A stretch of 64,000 nt of DNA. Source: Octopus vulgaris. Lineage: Eukaryota. Made by a program: the position numbers and the translations under genes. Shown here piece after piece: positions 52,912 through 64,000 of the stretch (the stretch's first letter is position 1; each line of letters starts with the position of its first letter). Below the pieces are notes generated by a model. The model made no database searches. It was not told the origin of the DNA and saw only the letters and a list, made by a program, of their open reading frames with translations. The stretch lies in contig OX597815.1 of assembly GCA_951406725.2 (NCBI GenBank), positions 162,998,001-163,062,000 on the forward strand. Reading direction: 5' to 3'.

Positions 52912-53597
52912 CAGGGGTTCAAAACCATTTTTTATATATAGACCCCTTTGATTACTGTTTTATTCTGGTGGACCCCCGTAGCTATTTGATGATTGAAAAC
53001 TAGATTTATAGGAACTTCTTTCAAAATTCCCATTTTGCTTTTCACTCATCTTGTGAAGGTTGAACTATGTAAAATGTCAGAGACAGAAACCTATCTGTTT
53101 CTTGCAATATATACCAATACATAAATCTAAAGCAAAATTTTTCAGGGGCCCTTAAAATATTATTGTGGATCCCCAATTTACTATTTTGCTGAATTGACCC
53201 CAAAAAATTTCATATGAACTCTCAGGAGCCATGTGTAAAATGTTAGAGAAAGAAACCTAGCTGTTTCTTGCTGTACATACATCTGAAGTAAAATTATTTC
53301 AGGGGCTCTTAAGATACTATTGTGGATCCCCAGTTTACTATTTTGTTGTGTTGATCCCCCAAAATCTTATATGAACCCTGAGGGGCCATATGTAAAATGT
53401 TAGAATAAGAAACTTAGCTGTTTCTTGCAATATGTACCAGTACATACATCTAAAGCAAAATTTTTCCAGGGGCCCTTAAAATACTATTGTGGATCTTCAA
53501 TTTACTATTTTCTTGTGTGGACCCCCAAACATCTTATATGGACCCTCAAGGGACCATATGTAAAATATTAGAGTAAATATTAAAGTAAGAAACCCAT

Positions 53598-53600
<3 letters not shown>
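52912..53600 (+). mobile_element. hAT MITE (same family as 44967-45285) with a tandemly triplicated ~160-bp internal segment
   Basis: Starts CAGGGGTTC; unit gtaaaatgttagag..gaaacctagctgtttcttgc...ggggccc starts near 53068, 53233, 53390 and (partial) 53558; no 3' TIR. Confidence 0.85.
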
Positions 53601-53686
<86 letters not shown>

Positions 53687-54981
53687 GTATATATATTTAC
53701 AATTGGCTTCTTTCAGCTTTTGCCTACTGAATCCACTCCAAATCTTTAGTCAGCCTATGGTGCTATCCATTGGCATGAGACCCAACAACACATGACTAGA
53801 AAGCAAGCTTTTTAACAACACAGCTATGTCTGTGCCTATGTTCTGGACAAATTCAACCGTTATTTCAAGAAGGTCAAACGACCACAAAGAAACTTTCTTA
53901 TTGGCTCATTAATTTTCCAGTGGAATATTCTTTGGGGGGTTTCAACTCAGAGAGAAAGTTTAAAAGGTTAAAAAAAGTCATTAAAATAACAGCTAATTAT
54001 TAACTTCAACGTCAAATTATTTTTAAAAGTTCTCAATTAGAACCATATTTAAAATGATATTAGTATTCTTTATTTATTTTAGTTATTTTTCATTTACCTC
54101 AAGCCAATGTTGCCATTATTTGCATCGAAAACTTTTACCTAAATAGATGGTTAGCAAATTTTGCTATATTTCAATCAGCTCATATTTTTTCCCCATCACC
54201 AAACTTATTGTAATAGAAAGCAGCAAGTGTGTTCGTTATCTTTTTGCTTTCTATTATACAAGTCAGACCATTTGCAAATTACATGCATGACTGCACAATC
54301 AAACAGGTGAAGGTTAGCTAATTTCCACAGAAAGGCTCAAGGGATAAGTGGGAAAAAAGTGCGCTGTAGCATGACATGGTGCAAGTTTCCTCTATTATCA
54401 AGTGATTTCATACGTATATAGTGATTTATGTTGTTACACCGTTGTATTATATAACTTCTTAAATAATAGATGGGGGAAATGAAGAGCATTAGTACATATT
54501 TTTGCCAAGAGTTGAAGCATTTAAGAGTATGGCTTGATGAAATACTTGATCATATTAAGTTAATTGAGTCAGCAAACTATGTAATATCTATCTATCTATC
54601 TGACTGTCTGTTATTCTTTTATACTTTTAGTTGTTTCAGTCATTTGACTGTGGCCATGCCGGAGCACCGGCTTATACACACACATACACACACACATATA
54701 TATATGTATAATAAATAAATGCACCCTTTTAAAGCCTAGCCAGGCTCATGGGTCCAGTTTCCCGGTTTCAATGGCATATGTGTTCCCCCCAGCTGGACAG
54801 GACGGCAGTCCATCACAGGGTTAATCATTTTTGCCAGCTGAGTGGACTGGAGCAACGCGAAATGAAGTGTTTTGCTCAAGAAACGTGTCGCCTGGTCCAG
54901 GAATCAAAACCACAATCTTAACGATCATGATGCTGTCACCCTAACCACTAAGCCATGCGCCTCCACATATATATGTATATA

Positions 54982-55060
<79 letters not shown>

Positions 55061-55306
55061 GAAGGTTTGGAGATGATGTACAGGCATTATATATTAGAAG
55101 AAATGAGGTACTCAGAAATATTAATAAATATGTGTAAATATAAAACCATCCAGATTTCTGAGTACCTCATTTCTTCTAACATATATATATATATATATAT
55201 CAACAATAAAGGAACGGCCATAATAGGCCATTCACCCACTAGAAATAACAGCCAATATATATTGGTTGAAAAAAATTAGAGATTTGTACAAATCAAATTT
55301 TTATAC

Positions 55307-55599
55307 ATAAAAGATGGAGGTGGAAATAGCACAGAAGTAAATCTAATACATTTCAATTTAAGAAGAAATTTAATAAAATGATTTTTTTAGATTATATAAA
55401 GAAAATATTACCGGTTTGAATGATGAATTTCATCTTACCAAATACGTGTAAAAATTTATAAAAAATTGAAGTAAAAACAGTTTATCTTCTGTTTGGGGGT
55501 CACAAACATGTCTAGAGAATTTTTATTAAGTCTTCTTTAAATATAGTTTGGTGCAGAGTTCAAAGTGCTAGAGAGTAAGAGAGGGGGTGTAGCTGTCTA

Positions 55600-55640
<41 letters not shown>

Positions 55641-56732
55641 TTAACGTCTACTTTCCATGCTGGCATGGGTTGGGCAGTTTGACTGAAGACTGGCAAGCCA
55701 GAAGGCTGTACCATGCTCCAATCTGATCTGGAAAAGTTTCTGCTGCTGGATGCCCTTCCTAACACCAACCACTCCGAGAATGTAGTGGGTGCTTTTTACA
55801 AGCCACTGGCACAAAGGCCAGTCAGGTGATACTGGCATCTACTGCACTTGAATGGTGCTTTTTATGTGTCACTGGCACAGGAGCCAGTCAGGTGACACTG
55901 CCAATGACCACGCTCAATTGGTGCTTTTTACTTGACACTGGCACAGGAGCCACTCAGGCAGTACTGGCATTGGCCACAACCATGATTTCACTTGACTCAA
56001 CAGGTCTTCTAAAACACAGTTTATTGCCCAATGATTGAAAGGTACTCTTAAATGGGCCAGTTATGCTACACTGGCATAGGCCAGTGTTACAGTCATTGCC
56101 TAAAAGACATCTTTGTGGGTTCCTGCCAAGGGAGTGACTTAAAAGCATTTATTGAATGGATTTTATGTCCACCTGTGTGTGAGTGTGTGTCTATTGTGTT
56201 GAATGTCCTTTCAATATGTTTCAAATGTGACCAGATGTGTGTTGATGGGTGTGTATGTTGTGATGAATGTCCATTACCTAACTGAGGGACCAAACTTTAA
56301 ATTCAAAGATAGGTAAACCTTCAAAGTCAAGTCCAATCTCACCTGCAACATGGAAAACCTGATCTACGTAATCACATGCAATGGTTGCCAACATAATTAC
56401 ATAGGTCAGACGGTCCGATCGTTACGCAACAGAATGACAACCCATCGCCAACAGATCCAAGACAAATGCACAAGGAAAATTCCTTTAAGCAGCCAGTTTG
56501 CAACCTGTGCAGAAATGGATTTACCAAATTTCAAAATATTTCCCCTCTACAAGTGCTCTGATTCTTTCAACCAACAACAAAGACTAAATAAAGAAAGGCA
56601 ATTTATTAACAAGAATAAACCACAATTAAATATAAACCCAACCGATACCAACCATGAAATAAGAACAGACACTTAAAAACAATTTTATACATATTTGAAA
56701 AATACTTCCCCTCAATTCTTAAATCTTCTTTT

Positions 56733-56769
<37 letters not shown>

Positions 56770-57815
56770 TGCACACACACACAAACCCACGCACACAGAA
56801 ACTCATATATATACACACACATACAAAAGAAAACATCACAAAAAACACACACACATGCACTTCTGCGTAGATACACAAACACACTCACACCTCTGCACAC
56901 ACATATGCATCTCTGCATAGGCACACAAACACACTCACACCTCTGCACACACACGCACGTGTGCACACACACACACTAACACACATACACACAAACGAAA
57001 ACATTGCAAAAATATATGCACACACACACCTGCACACACAAACACACACATGCACCACACAAAACATCACAAAGACACACACACAAGCAAATATACACGC
57101 ACACCTCTGCACACCCACACACACACACATACACACGCATACACACACATACACGCATACACACACATACACACACATACAAAAGAAAACATTGCAAAAA
57201 AGACACATTCACACTCACATACACACAGCTGGTGACCACACACATAGACATAGGTGGAGTCACTAAAAAAAAATACATCTAACCCAAAGGAAAATCCTAA
57301 TTCTTTCTTCAACATGACATTCATCACAACATACACACCCATCAACACACATCTGGTCACATTCCAAATATACTGAAAAGACATTCAACACAATACACAC
57401 ACACACACGCACATACACACACACACACGCATACATACACACACACACACACACACTCACACACAGGTGGAAACAAAATCCATTCATTCAATGCTTTTAA
57501 GCCACTCCCTTGGCAGTAACCCACAAAGATTTCTTTTAGACAATAAACAACTACACTCCCTCTCTTACTCTCTAACACTTTGAATTCTATACCAAACTAT
57601 ATTTAAAGAAGACCAGACATGTTTTTGACTCCCAGACAGAAGATAAACTGTTTTTGCTTCAAATTTTTATAAATTTTTACTGAAATAAAATGAGTTTCAT
57701 CATTGAAACCCGTAATATTTTCTTTATATAATTTTAAAAATTATTTTATTAAATTCCTTCTTAAATTGAAATGTCTTAGATTTATTTCTGTGCTATTTCC
57801 ACTTCCATCTTTATA
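55307..57815 (+). mobile_element. 5'-truncated Penelope-like retroelement with inverted pseudo-LTR
   Basis: GIY-YIG remnant at 56272-56676 and a CA-rich 3' region. The terminal segment 57316-57815 is present inverted at 55307-56271, split by a family C SINE at 55602-56094. Confidence 0.85.
56272..56676 (+). pseudogene. GIY-YIG endonuclease domain of a Penelope-like element (in-frame stop upstream of Met 56350)
   Basis: FKVKSNLTCNMENLIYVITCNGCQHNYIGQTVRSLRNRMTTHR...KERQFI...PQLN: IY-CxxC-YIG-R-H-E-N pattern. Confidence 0.85.
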
Positions 57816-57985
57816 TATATATATGTAAATGACAAGTTACAAAGTGACTCAAAGGCTGAGAGTTTCATGCATTGGCACTTATCATAGTTTGTAAGTACTA
57901 ATGCTCAAAACTCTTGGCCCTTGAGTTACCCTGTAATTTCCTGTTACTAAGATATACATACATACACACATACATGCATACGTAC

Positions 57986-58018
<33 letters not shown>

Positions 58019-58019
58019 T

Positions 58020-58227
58020 CTCTTTCTCTCTTTTCTCTTTTACTTGTTTCAGTCATTTGACTGTGGCCATGCTGGAGCACCGCCTTTAATCGACCCTGGG
58101 ACTTATTCTTTGTAAGCCCAGTACTTATTCTATCGGTCTCTTTTTGCCGAACTGCTAAGTGACGGGGACATAAACACACCAGCATCGGTTGTCAAGCAAT
58201 GCTAGGGGGACAAACACAGACACACAA

Positions 58228-58258
<31 letters not shown>

Positions 58259-58430
58259 CATATATACGACAGGCTTCTTTCAGTTTCTGTCTACCAAATC
58301 CACTCACAAGGCATCGGTCGGCACGGGGCTATAGCAGAAGACACTTACCCAAGGTACCACGCAGTGGGACTGAACCCGGGACCATGTGGCTGGTTAGCAA
58401 GCTACTTACCACACAGCCACTCCTGCGCCT
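58020..58430 (-). mobile_element. SINE family A, full length
   Basis: Reverse-complement family A match ending ccactcctgcgcc. Confidence 0.9.
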
Positions 58431-58446
58431 ATATATATATATATAT

Positions 58447-58799
58447 GAAACAAAGAGATGACACTAGAAAAACCAAATGTTTGTAATGAACTACATTTGC
58501 TTATAGCTGTTTCTGCCATAAGATGTGGTGGATTCTTTGTTGAGTACCAGGATAGCATCCTATATCTGCATCTGAGCCTTGAATATGAAGTACACTTTAT
58601 TTGGGTATAATGTCTGTGTTTTGAAAATGTAACATTCCCAAATAAAGTGTACTTCATATTGAAGGCTCTGCTGCAGGTATAGGATGTTATCCTGGTACTC
58701 AAATAAGAATCCACCACATCTTATGGCAGAAACAGCTGTAAGAAAATGAAGTTCATTATAAACATTTGGTTTTTCTCTTGGTGTCATGTCTTTGTTTTC
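58447..58799. repeat. Fold-back inverted repeat with ~160-bp arms and ~30-nt loop
   Basis: ttctgccataagatgtggtggattctt / aagaatccaccacatcttatggcagaa; aatatgaagtacactttatttggg / cccaaataaagtgtacttcatatt. Confidence 0.9.
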
Positions 58800-58911
58800 T
58801 ATTACCACTCTGTACTCATATAACATTGTGCTCTAGACCATACATATATTGAGTTCTACACCAGGTTATTAGTCTTGCTATGCCTAAGGGAAAGGTTGAT
58901 TTATATATAAA

Positions 58912-59280
58912 TGAGCAAAACGTCCCTCGTCCAATGGACGGTGCTGAGTTGCCAAACATTTAAACCAAATTTTCTCAAAACAACTTGTCCGACCGTCCCA
59001 TAGGCCTCCCCTTTGAGAAACACTGATTTAACCTATATTTGAGACACCAGCAAAAGAAGAAATAAAGATAGTCTTTTTTTCTATTCCAAAGAAAAACGAT
59101 TTTATTCCCTTTATTGATTGCATTCTCACCTGGAATCGCTTTTTAAAATTTTTTTAAGACTTATACATGCCCTGATATCATCAGTATCTACATATCAAAT
59201 TTGAGCACAATCAGATGGAGGATGCCCAAGATCCTAGAAGATACACACACAGACAGACAGAACGGATTTTATGAAATAGA
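58912..59280 (-). mobile_element. Non-autonomous Helitron-like element, family H1
   Basis: Minus strand starts A|TC, has hairpin gtccattggac and ends CTCA|T; homolog of 1-450 with an internal deletion. Confidence 0.6.
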
Positions 59281-59284
59281 TATA

Positions 59285-59880
59285 TCATCATCGTCATCAT
59301 CATCATCGTTTTATATCTGTTTTCCATGCTGGCATGGGTTGGACGGTTTGATTGAGGTCTGGAGAGCCAGCAGCTGCACCAGGATCCAATCAGATCTGGC
59401 AGTGTTTCTACAGCTGGATGCCCTTCCTAATGCCAACCACTCCAAGAGTGTAGTGGGTGCATTTTATGTGCCTCTGGCACAGGAGCCAGCCATGCAGGCC
59501 TGGTATTGATCACATTCGGATAGTGCTTTTTACGTGTCACTGGCGTGGGGACCAATCAGGGGATACTGGCATCTGTTACATTCGGATGGTGTATTTTATG
59601 TGCCACTGGCACAGGAGCCAGTCAAGCTGACCTGGCATCAACCGCATATAGATGTTGCTCCTTCCATGCCACCGGCACAGGAGCCAATCAGGGGGCACTA
59701 GCCACAGCTATAATATTGGTTTTACTTGACTCAGCAGGTCTTCTCAAGCATACCATAATGCCCAATTCATCATTGCTGAGTTTTCTCAATCACAGCATAT
59801 CTCCAAAGGTCTCAGCCTCCTGCCTTTGCCTCTGTGAGGCCCAATGTTCGAAGGTCATGCTTCACTACCTCATTCCATGT
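59285..59880 (-). mobile_element. SINE-like family C with four ~67-bp units
   Basis: (CAT)n, tail and tandem units gtgccactggcacaggagcca. Confidence 0.8.
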
Positions 59881-60065
59881 CTAGATATATATATATATAT
59901 ATTATATTGTGTGTGTCGAACTAACTGATTATCTGTATATTTATCTATTTATCTCTCTATCACTCTCTTTCCTGCCTCTCTGTCTACATGTATATGTGTG
60001 TGTATAAAATCACACACACACACATACTCATATATATATATACATACATCTATCCATCTATTCAT

Positions 60066-60096
<31 letters not shown>

Positions 60097-60466
60097 TTCA
60101 CACAACCTATTTTATCTATTTATTTATTTCTTTGCTATCTCTATATAAATATTTATATTTATATGAATACTGACACTTTAATGTCTATCATAATTGCATG
60201 TCATTGAATATTACTGCAGATGCTGCTATCAATATCAACCACATAAATATCCTTCCTGCTCTCAGCTTAGCTACTTCTTCCCAGCCATACTACCTCCCTC
60301 ACTCGCTCTGTCATCATCATCGTCATCGTCATCATCAGCATCATCATCATCATCATCGTCTTCGTCATCATTGTCATCGCCATCATCATTGTCATAACAA
60401 CAGTTGTAACAAGACCAATATTGCTGTCTGAAATGACACCTGGGAAGTCTCCCCTTCATTATAATA

Positions 60467-60839
60467 CTAGCCGTATCACCCAGTGTTGCTTGGGTTTGTT
60501 TCGACTCTTTAGAATTGGAATTTTTGAAAAATAAAAATTTTGCATTATGTAGCTTTAAGTGAACATTCTTCTGGTTGAAATACACCGAAAAATGGTGACA
60601 CAGCAGTAAAAAAATCGTAAAATATAGGGATTTTCTTAGAAAAAAAGCACCATTTTGATGTAAATAATTTTTGGTGCTAACATGGTCTGATTTGAATTTT
60701 TTCTTGTACGGAATGAAGAGCAAGACTTCTTCTATCATACTCTCAATTTTGGTCAACTTATGCCACAGGGTCTTGTGTTAGTTGAAGGCTACCAAACCTG
60801 CCACATACTCACAGACAACTTCAGCTTTATATATATAGA
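60467..60839 (-). mobile_element. Non-autonomous Helitron, family H2
   Basis: Minus strand A|TC...cccaagcaacactggg hairpin...CTAG|T; canonical termini and no TSD. Confidence 0.85.
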
Positions 60840-61175
60840 TATGCTTTCAAATGCAGCAGGTAACTTTGATTGGTTGTTATTGGCACAATTTGTCTCTTGC
60901 TCTGTTGCATCAATACCAACTAATCAGAGTAGTGGATAGAACAGGGTCCGAATAGTGGCCAAAGGTTAGCTGTTACCTGCTGCATTTGAAAGCATGTATT
61001 ATAATAGAATGGAGAGAGGAATTTCTCTTGAGTGTTCACTACAAGTGTAATATAACAATTTTTTAACCTTCACGGTCTTCATAAAAAGCTTCTTCTTAAA
61101 GTGTTCTGTTATGCAACAAGCAAAAATGCTAGTTCTAAAATCTCTCTCTAAGAGATCAACACAGTAGTTGTACTG

Positions 61176-61328
61176 ACAAGTAATATTCATAGCCACTTTA
61201 ACATGGCTGTCCATTCGAGTGGGCTCTACTGCAATTTTTTAACCTCAAAAGGACATTGGAGTTAAAAAATTGCAGTAGAGTCCACTCAAATGGACAGCCA
61301 TGTTAAAGTGGCTACGAATATTACTTGT
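61176..61328. repeat. Fold-back inverted repeat with ~68-bp arms
   Basis: The ORF track reads MDSHVKVA on both strands; tagccactttaacatggctgtccatt / aatggacagccatgttaaagtggcta. Confidence 0.9.
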
Positions 61329-61538
61329 ACTGTTATGGCTTTCTTTTTAAGCCTTCTTATTAAAGGGTACTGCAGCATCCATTTTAAATTATATTATTCC
61401 CTTCTTTTTAAAGTGTTATGTAATCTTTTTTCATTTTTAATTTCAAAATGTACTTCAGTCTTTCTAAAATGAATTGTAATCTTTTTACAGTGTGCTATAG
61501 CCTTCTTTTTAAAAAAAATACTATAATCTTGTTTTTAA

Positions 61539-61759
61539 CCCTTTAGCATTCAAATTATTCTGTTAAATGTAAAGCATATTTATTCACATTGATTTGAATT
61601 AATAATGCATAATATCGTAGCTGTGAGATTTTGGTGATGTAATTGTTTATTTTTAGAATGGCATTGTAGGGTATGTGTGCAAGGCCAGATCTGGCCGTTT
61701 TGAACATAAAACAGGTTGAACATAATGAGCTGGATAAAGCCAGTTTAAATGCTAAAAAG
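61539..61759 (+). mobile_element. piggyBac-type MITE
   Basis: TTAA|CCCTTTAGCATT ... AATGCTAAAAAG|TTAA. Confidence 0.8.
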
Positions 61760-61943
61760 TTAAAGCATACTATAACCACCATCTTTCCAAAGTGTATTTT
61801 GAAGTATTTTGTGACATGGTGTATTATAATTTTCTTTTTAAAGTATACTATAACTTTCTTTATGAAGTCTGTTGTAACCTACTTAGTAAGGTGTATTTTC
61901 TTATGATTATTGCATTCATTTTTCTTTCTGTCTTTCTTTAAAG

Positions 61944-62087
61944 CCATTTTTAATTGACGGATTCAAGTTTGATTTCCGCATATATGTCCTTCTAACATCC
62001 TGTGATCCTCTCCGGATATTTGTCTTTAAAGACGGTCTCACACGGTTTGCCACCTGCAGATATTGTGAACCTAATACCAGTAACATT
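61944..62087 (+). CDS. TTLL6: Internal exon of TTLL6/13-like gene: PFLIDGFKFDFRIYVLLTSCDPLRIFVFKDGLTRFATCRYCEPNTSNI
   Basis: Polypyrimidine tract then aag|, donor |gtaagt; 144 nt, phase 0 to phase 0. Continues YISK|PFLIDGxKFDxRxY...GLxRFAT of the TTL domain. Absent from the ORF track. Confidence 0.96.
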
Positions 62088-62641
62088 GTAAGTTCTATTG
62101 TACTTCATTCTTTTTACTTCATCATATTTTTATTCCAATGTAGAATAAATGAAATCTTTTTTATCAAGCAGGATTGAATAATTTGCTATGTCCACCTATT
62201 TTTAAGACAGTTTGGTAAAAGTTTGTGGAAGTCAACAGTGTACTGGAGCAGTTGTCATGTTTGGTTGAAGCTTAACTTGCATTCTTCTAGTATGACCACT
62301 AAGCGAATTTGCAAACATAGGATGGTCATAGCTTGGCTGCTTTGATCTTAAGTTTGTTTGGTCAGAGCTGACTTGGTAATTCTTTTAATTTTGGTCATTC
62401 CTTTAGATCTACTAGAACTAATCAAAATTTCTCAATGGTTTCTGCTACAACTTTGGAATCAATCTCTGTATTTGATAACAGTAATCATTATTCCTGCTTT
62501 GACCAGAGTCTAGTTCTTTTTTAATTTATTATCCATACTAGAACCTTGATTCCAACAAATCCTTACACTGTAGTTCAGTTTCTACACTGACTATTGTTGG
62601 TATTAACTATAGTTGGTCATGCAAATGACATTATACATATA

Positions 62642-63187
62642 CAGGGTTATTCAAAAAGAATGAACCAATTTCATTATGCAATATTTTAATAAGGAAAAGC
62701 AATAGAAAACTCCAGCTAAGTCTCAAGTATTTACTCACAATCAACTTTCGTTTCCTGTCTTACTAGTGTTTAATGTGGCCACCACCAGCAGCAGCACAGT
62801 CAACATCAATGCAATAAGAGAATTCCTCCCAGACATGTATCAGCATATCACGATCCACTGAGTACTTCTTTGGTGGTCTGGTTGAATGCTTTATCGAAGT
62901 TTTTCCATTTCCCTTCTATGTCAATATCTTCTGGAATTGCCTCTAGCAAAATCAAATTTATTTCTTAGTTCCATAATGAACTTGCTTTTGATATGCTGAT
63001 ACGCGTCTTGGAGGAATTCTCTTATCACATTGATGTTGCCCACACTGCAGGTGATGGCCACATTGAATACTTGTAAGTCAGGAAATAAAAGTTGATTGTG
63101 ACTTGTGACTTAGCTGGAGTTTTCTATTGCTTTTCTTTATTAAAATATTGCGTAATGAAATCAGTTCATTCATATTGAATAACCCTG
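62642..63187. mobile_element. Tc1/mariner-derived fold-back element with ~200-bp arms
   Basis: TA|CAGGGTTATTCAA ... TTGAATAACCCTG|TA; the right arm encodes DMLIRVLEEFSYHIDVAHTAGDGHIEYL* (transposase C-terminus). Confidence 0.85.
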
Positions 63188-63730
63188 TATATATATTAAA
63201 GATAAATTTCCAGATTTTGGTAGGCAGGGATACAGAATCCAAGTGGGTACCATAGTTGCTTTTACCAGTTATTAATGCTGGCTAACCTCAGTGAGTGTAT
63301 AAAAAACTCCAGTTAGTTTCATTTACTAACAAACATACTTAAGGAAACCTGATACTAAGCTTTAATACTACCACTCACCATTTAAGCATGGTCTACGTCT
63401 GCAGACTGCTAAAATTCATTGGACAACTAGTTATTTTATTTTTAACCAGCAGAGTTGAAATGGTCAGGATCTAGGTTATTTTGGGAACAATGACAACACC
63501 ACATGTATGATAGATTTCGGCTGGACTTGTATTTAATTTAGATTCTATTTGAACAATGCAGTTGACTCCACCCTAAAGAAGCAACAATTAACAATGAATA
63601 CACATAAAAGTGCAAATTTTGTTTTGTGCGTTAATTGCTACAGAAACATATACAAGTGTAGAAATAAAAAGAAGTAATTAACTGCTGAATAAAACTTGAT
63701 ATAAATCTCTGTTCTTCTTAATTATATTTT

Positions 63731-63773
<43 letters not shown>

Positions 63774-63777
<4 letters not shown>

Positions 63778-64000
63778 AGGTGCTAACAAAAATTTCTGGA
63801 CTAGTTATGTTTAATAAAAAATAACTTATTTATCTAAGTTTTAGCATTATCATCTTTGAAATAGTCACCTTGAGCAGCAATACGCTGGTCCCAGCATTCC
63901 TGCCACTTTTGGAATATGGTTGGGAAGTCATTTTCCATAAGCAAGTCAAAGATCTTCAGTGATTTGCTCTTGATCTCGACAACGGTGTTAAAACGGTGAC
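63774..64000 (-). mobile_element. Mariner transposon 3' end (continues beyond the window)
   Basis: Minus strand reads FQKWQECWDQRIAAQGDYFKDD, a mariner C-terminal motif; TIR-like caaggtgctaacaaaaatttctggact. Confidence 0.75.

Noticed and set aside
60271-60756. 161-aa ORF with an acidic tail, similar to the ORFs at 5866-6118
   Set aside because: Read-through of non-autonomous Helitron H2 into a (GAT)n tract; frames are not conserved between the two copies.

Overview
AT-rich, repeat-dense eukaryotic genomic DNA. The SINE and microsatellite content suggests an Octopus-like cephalopod (inference from repeat recognition, not from a database search). The window lies inside one + strand host gene, a TTLL6/TTLL13-type tubulin polyglutamylase. 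Four consecutive internal exons (12036-12154, 33664-33794, 47143-47299, 61944-62087) have canonical AG/GT sites and matching phases, and are separated by introns of about 21.5, 13.3 and 14.6 kb. I did not find the 5' or 3' exons in the window. The rest is transposable-element debris: at least four SINE-like families, Tc1/mariner remnants (one with DD36E spacing), hAT, piggyBac and pogo-like MITEs, non-autonomous Helitrons, LINE fragments (RTE, R4/Dong-like, CR1-like), a Penelope-like element with a GIY-YIG ORF and an inverted pseudo-LTR, a 20-bp minisatellite and many microsatellites. Most ORFs in the supplied track are repeat artefacts. The most notable unexplained structure is a set of intronic fold-back elements, several of which carry hammerhead-ribozyme-like cores of the type known from Penelope-like retroelements. 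Exon coordinates were counted to the base; most repeat boundaries are approximate.
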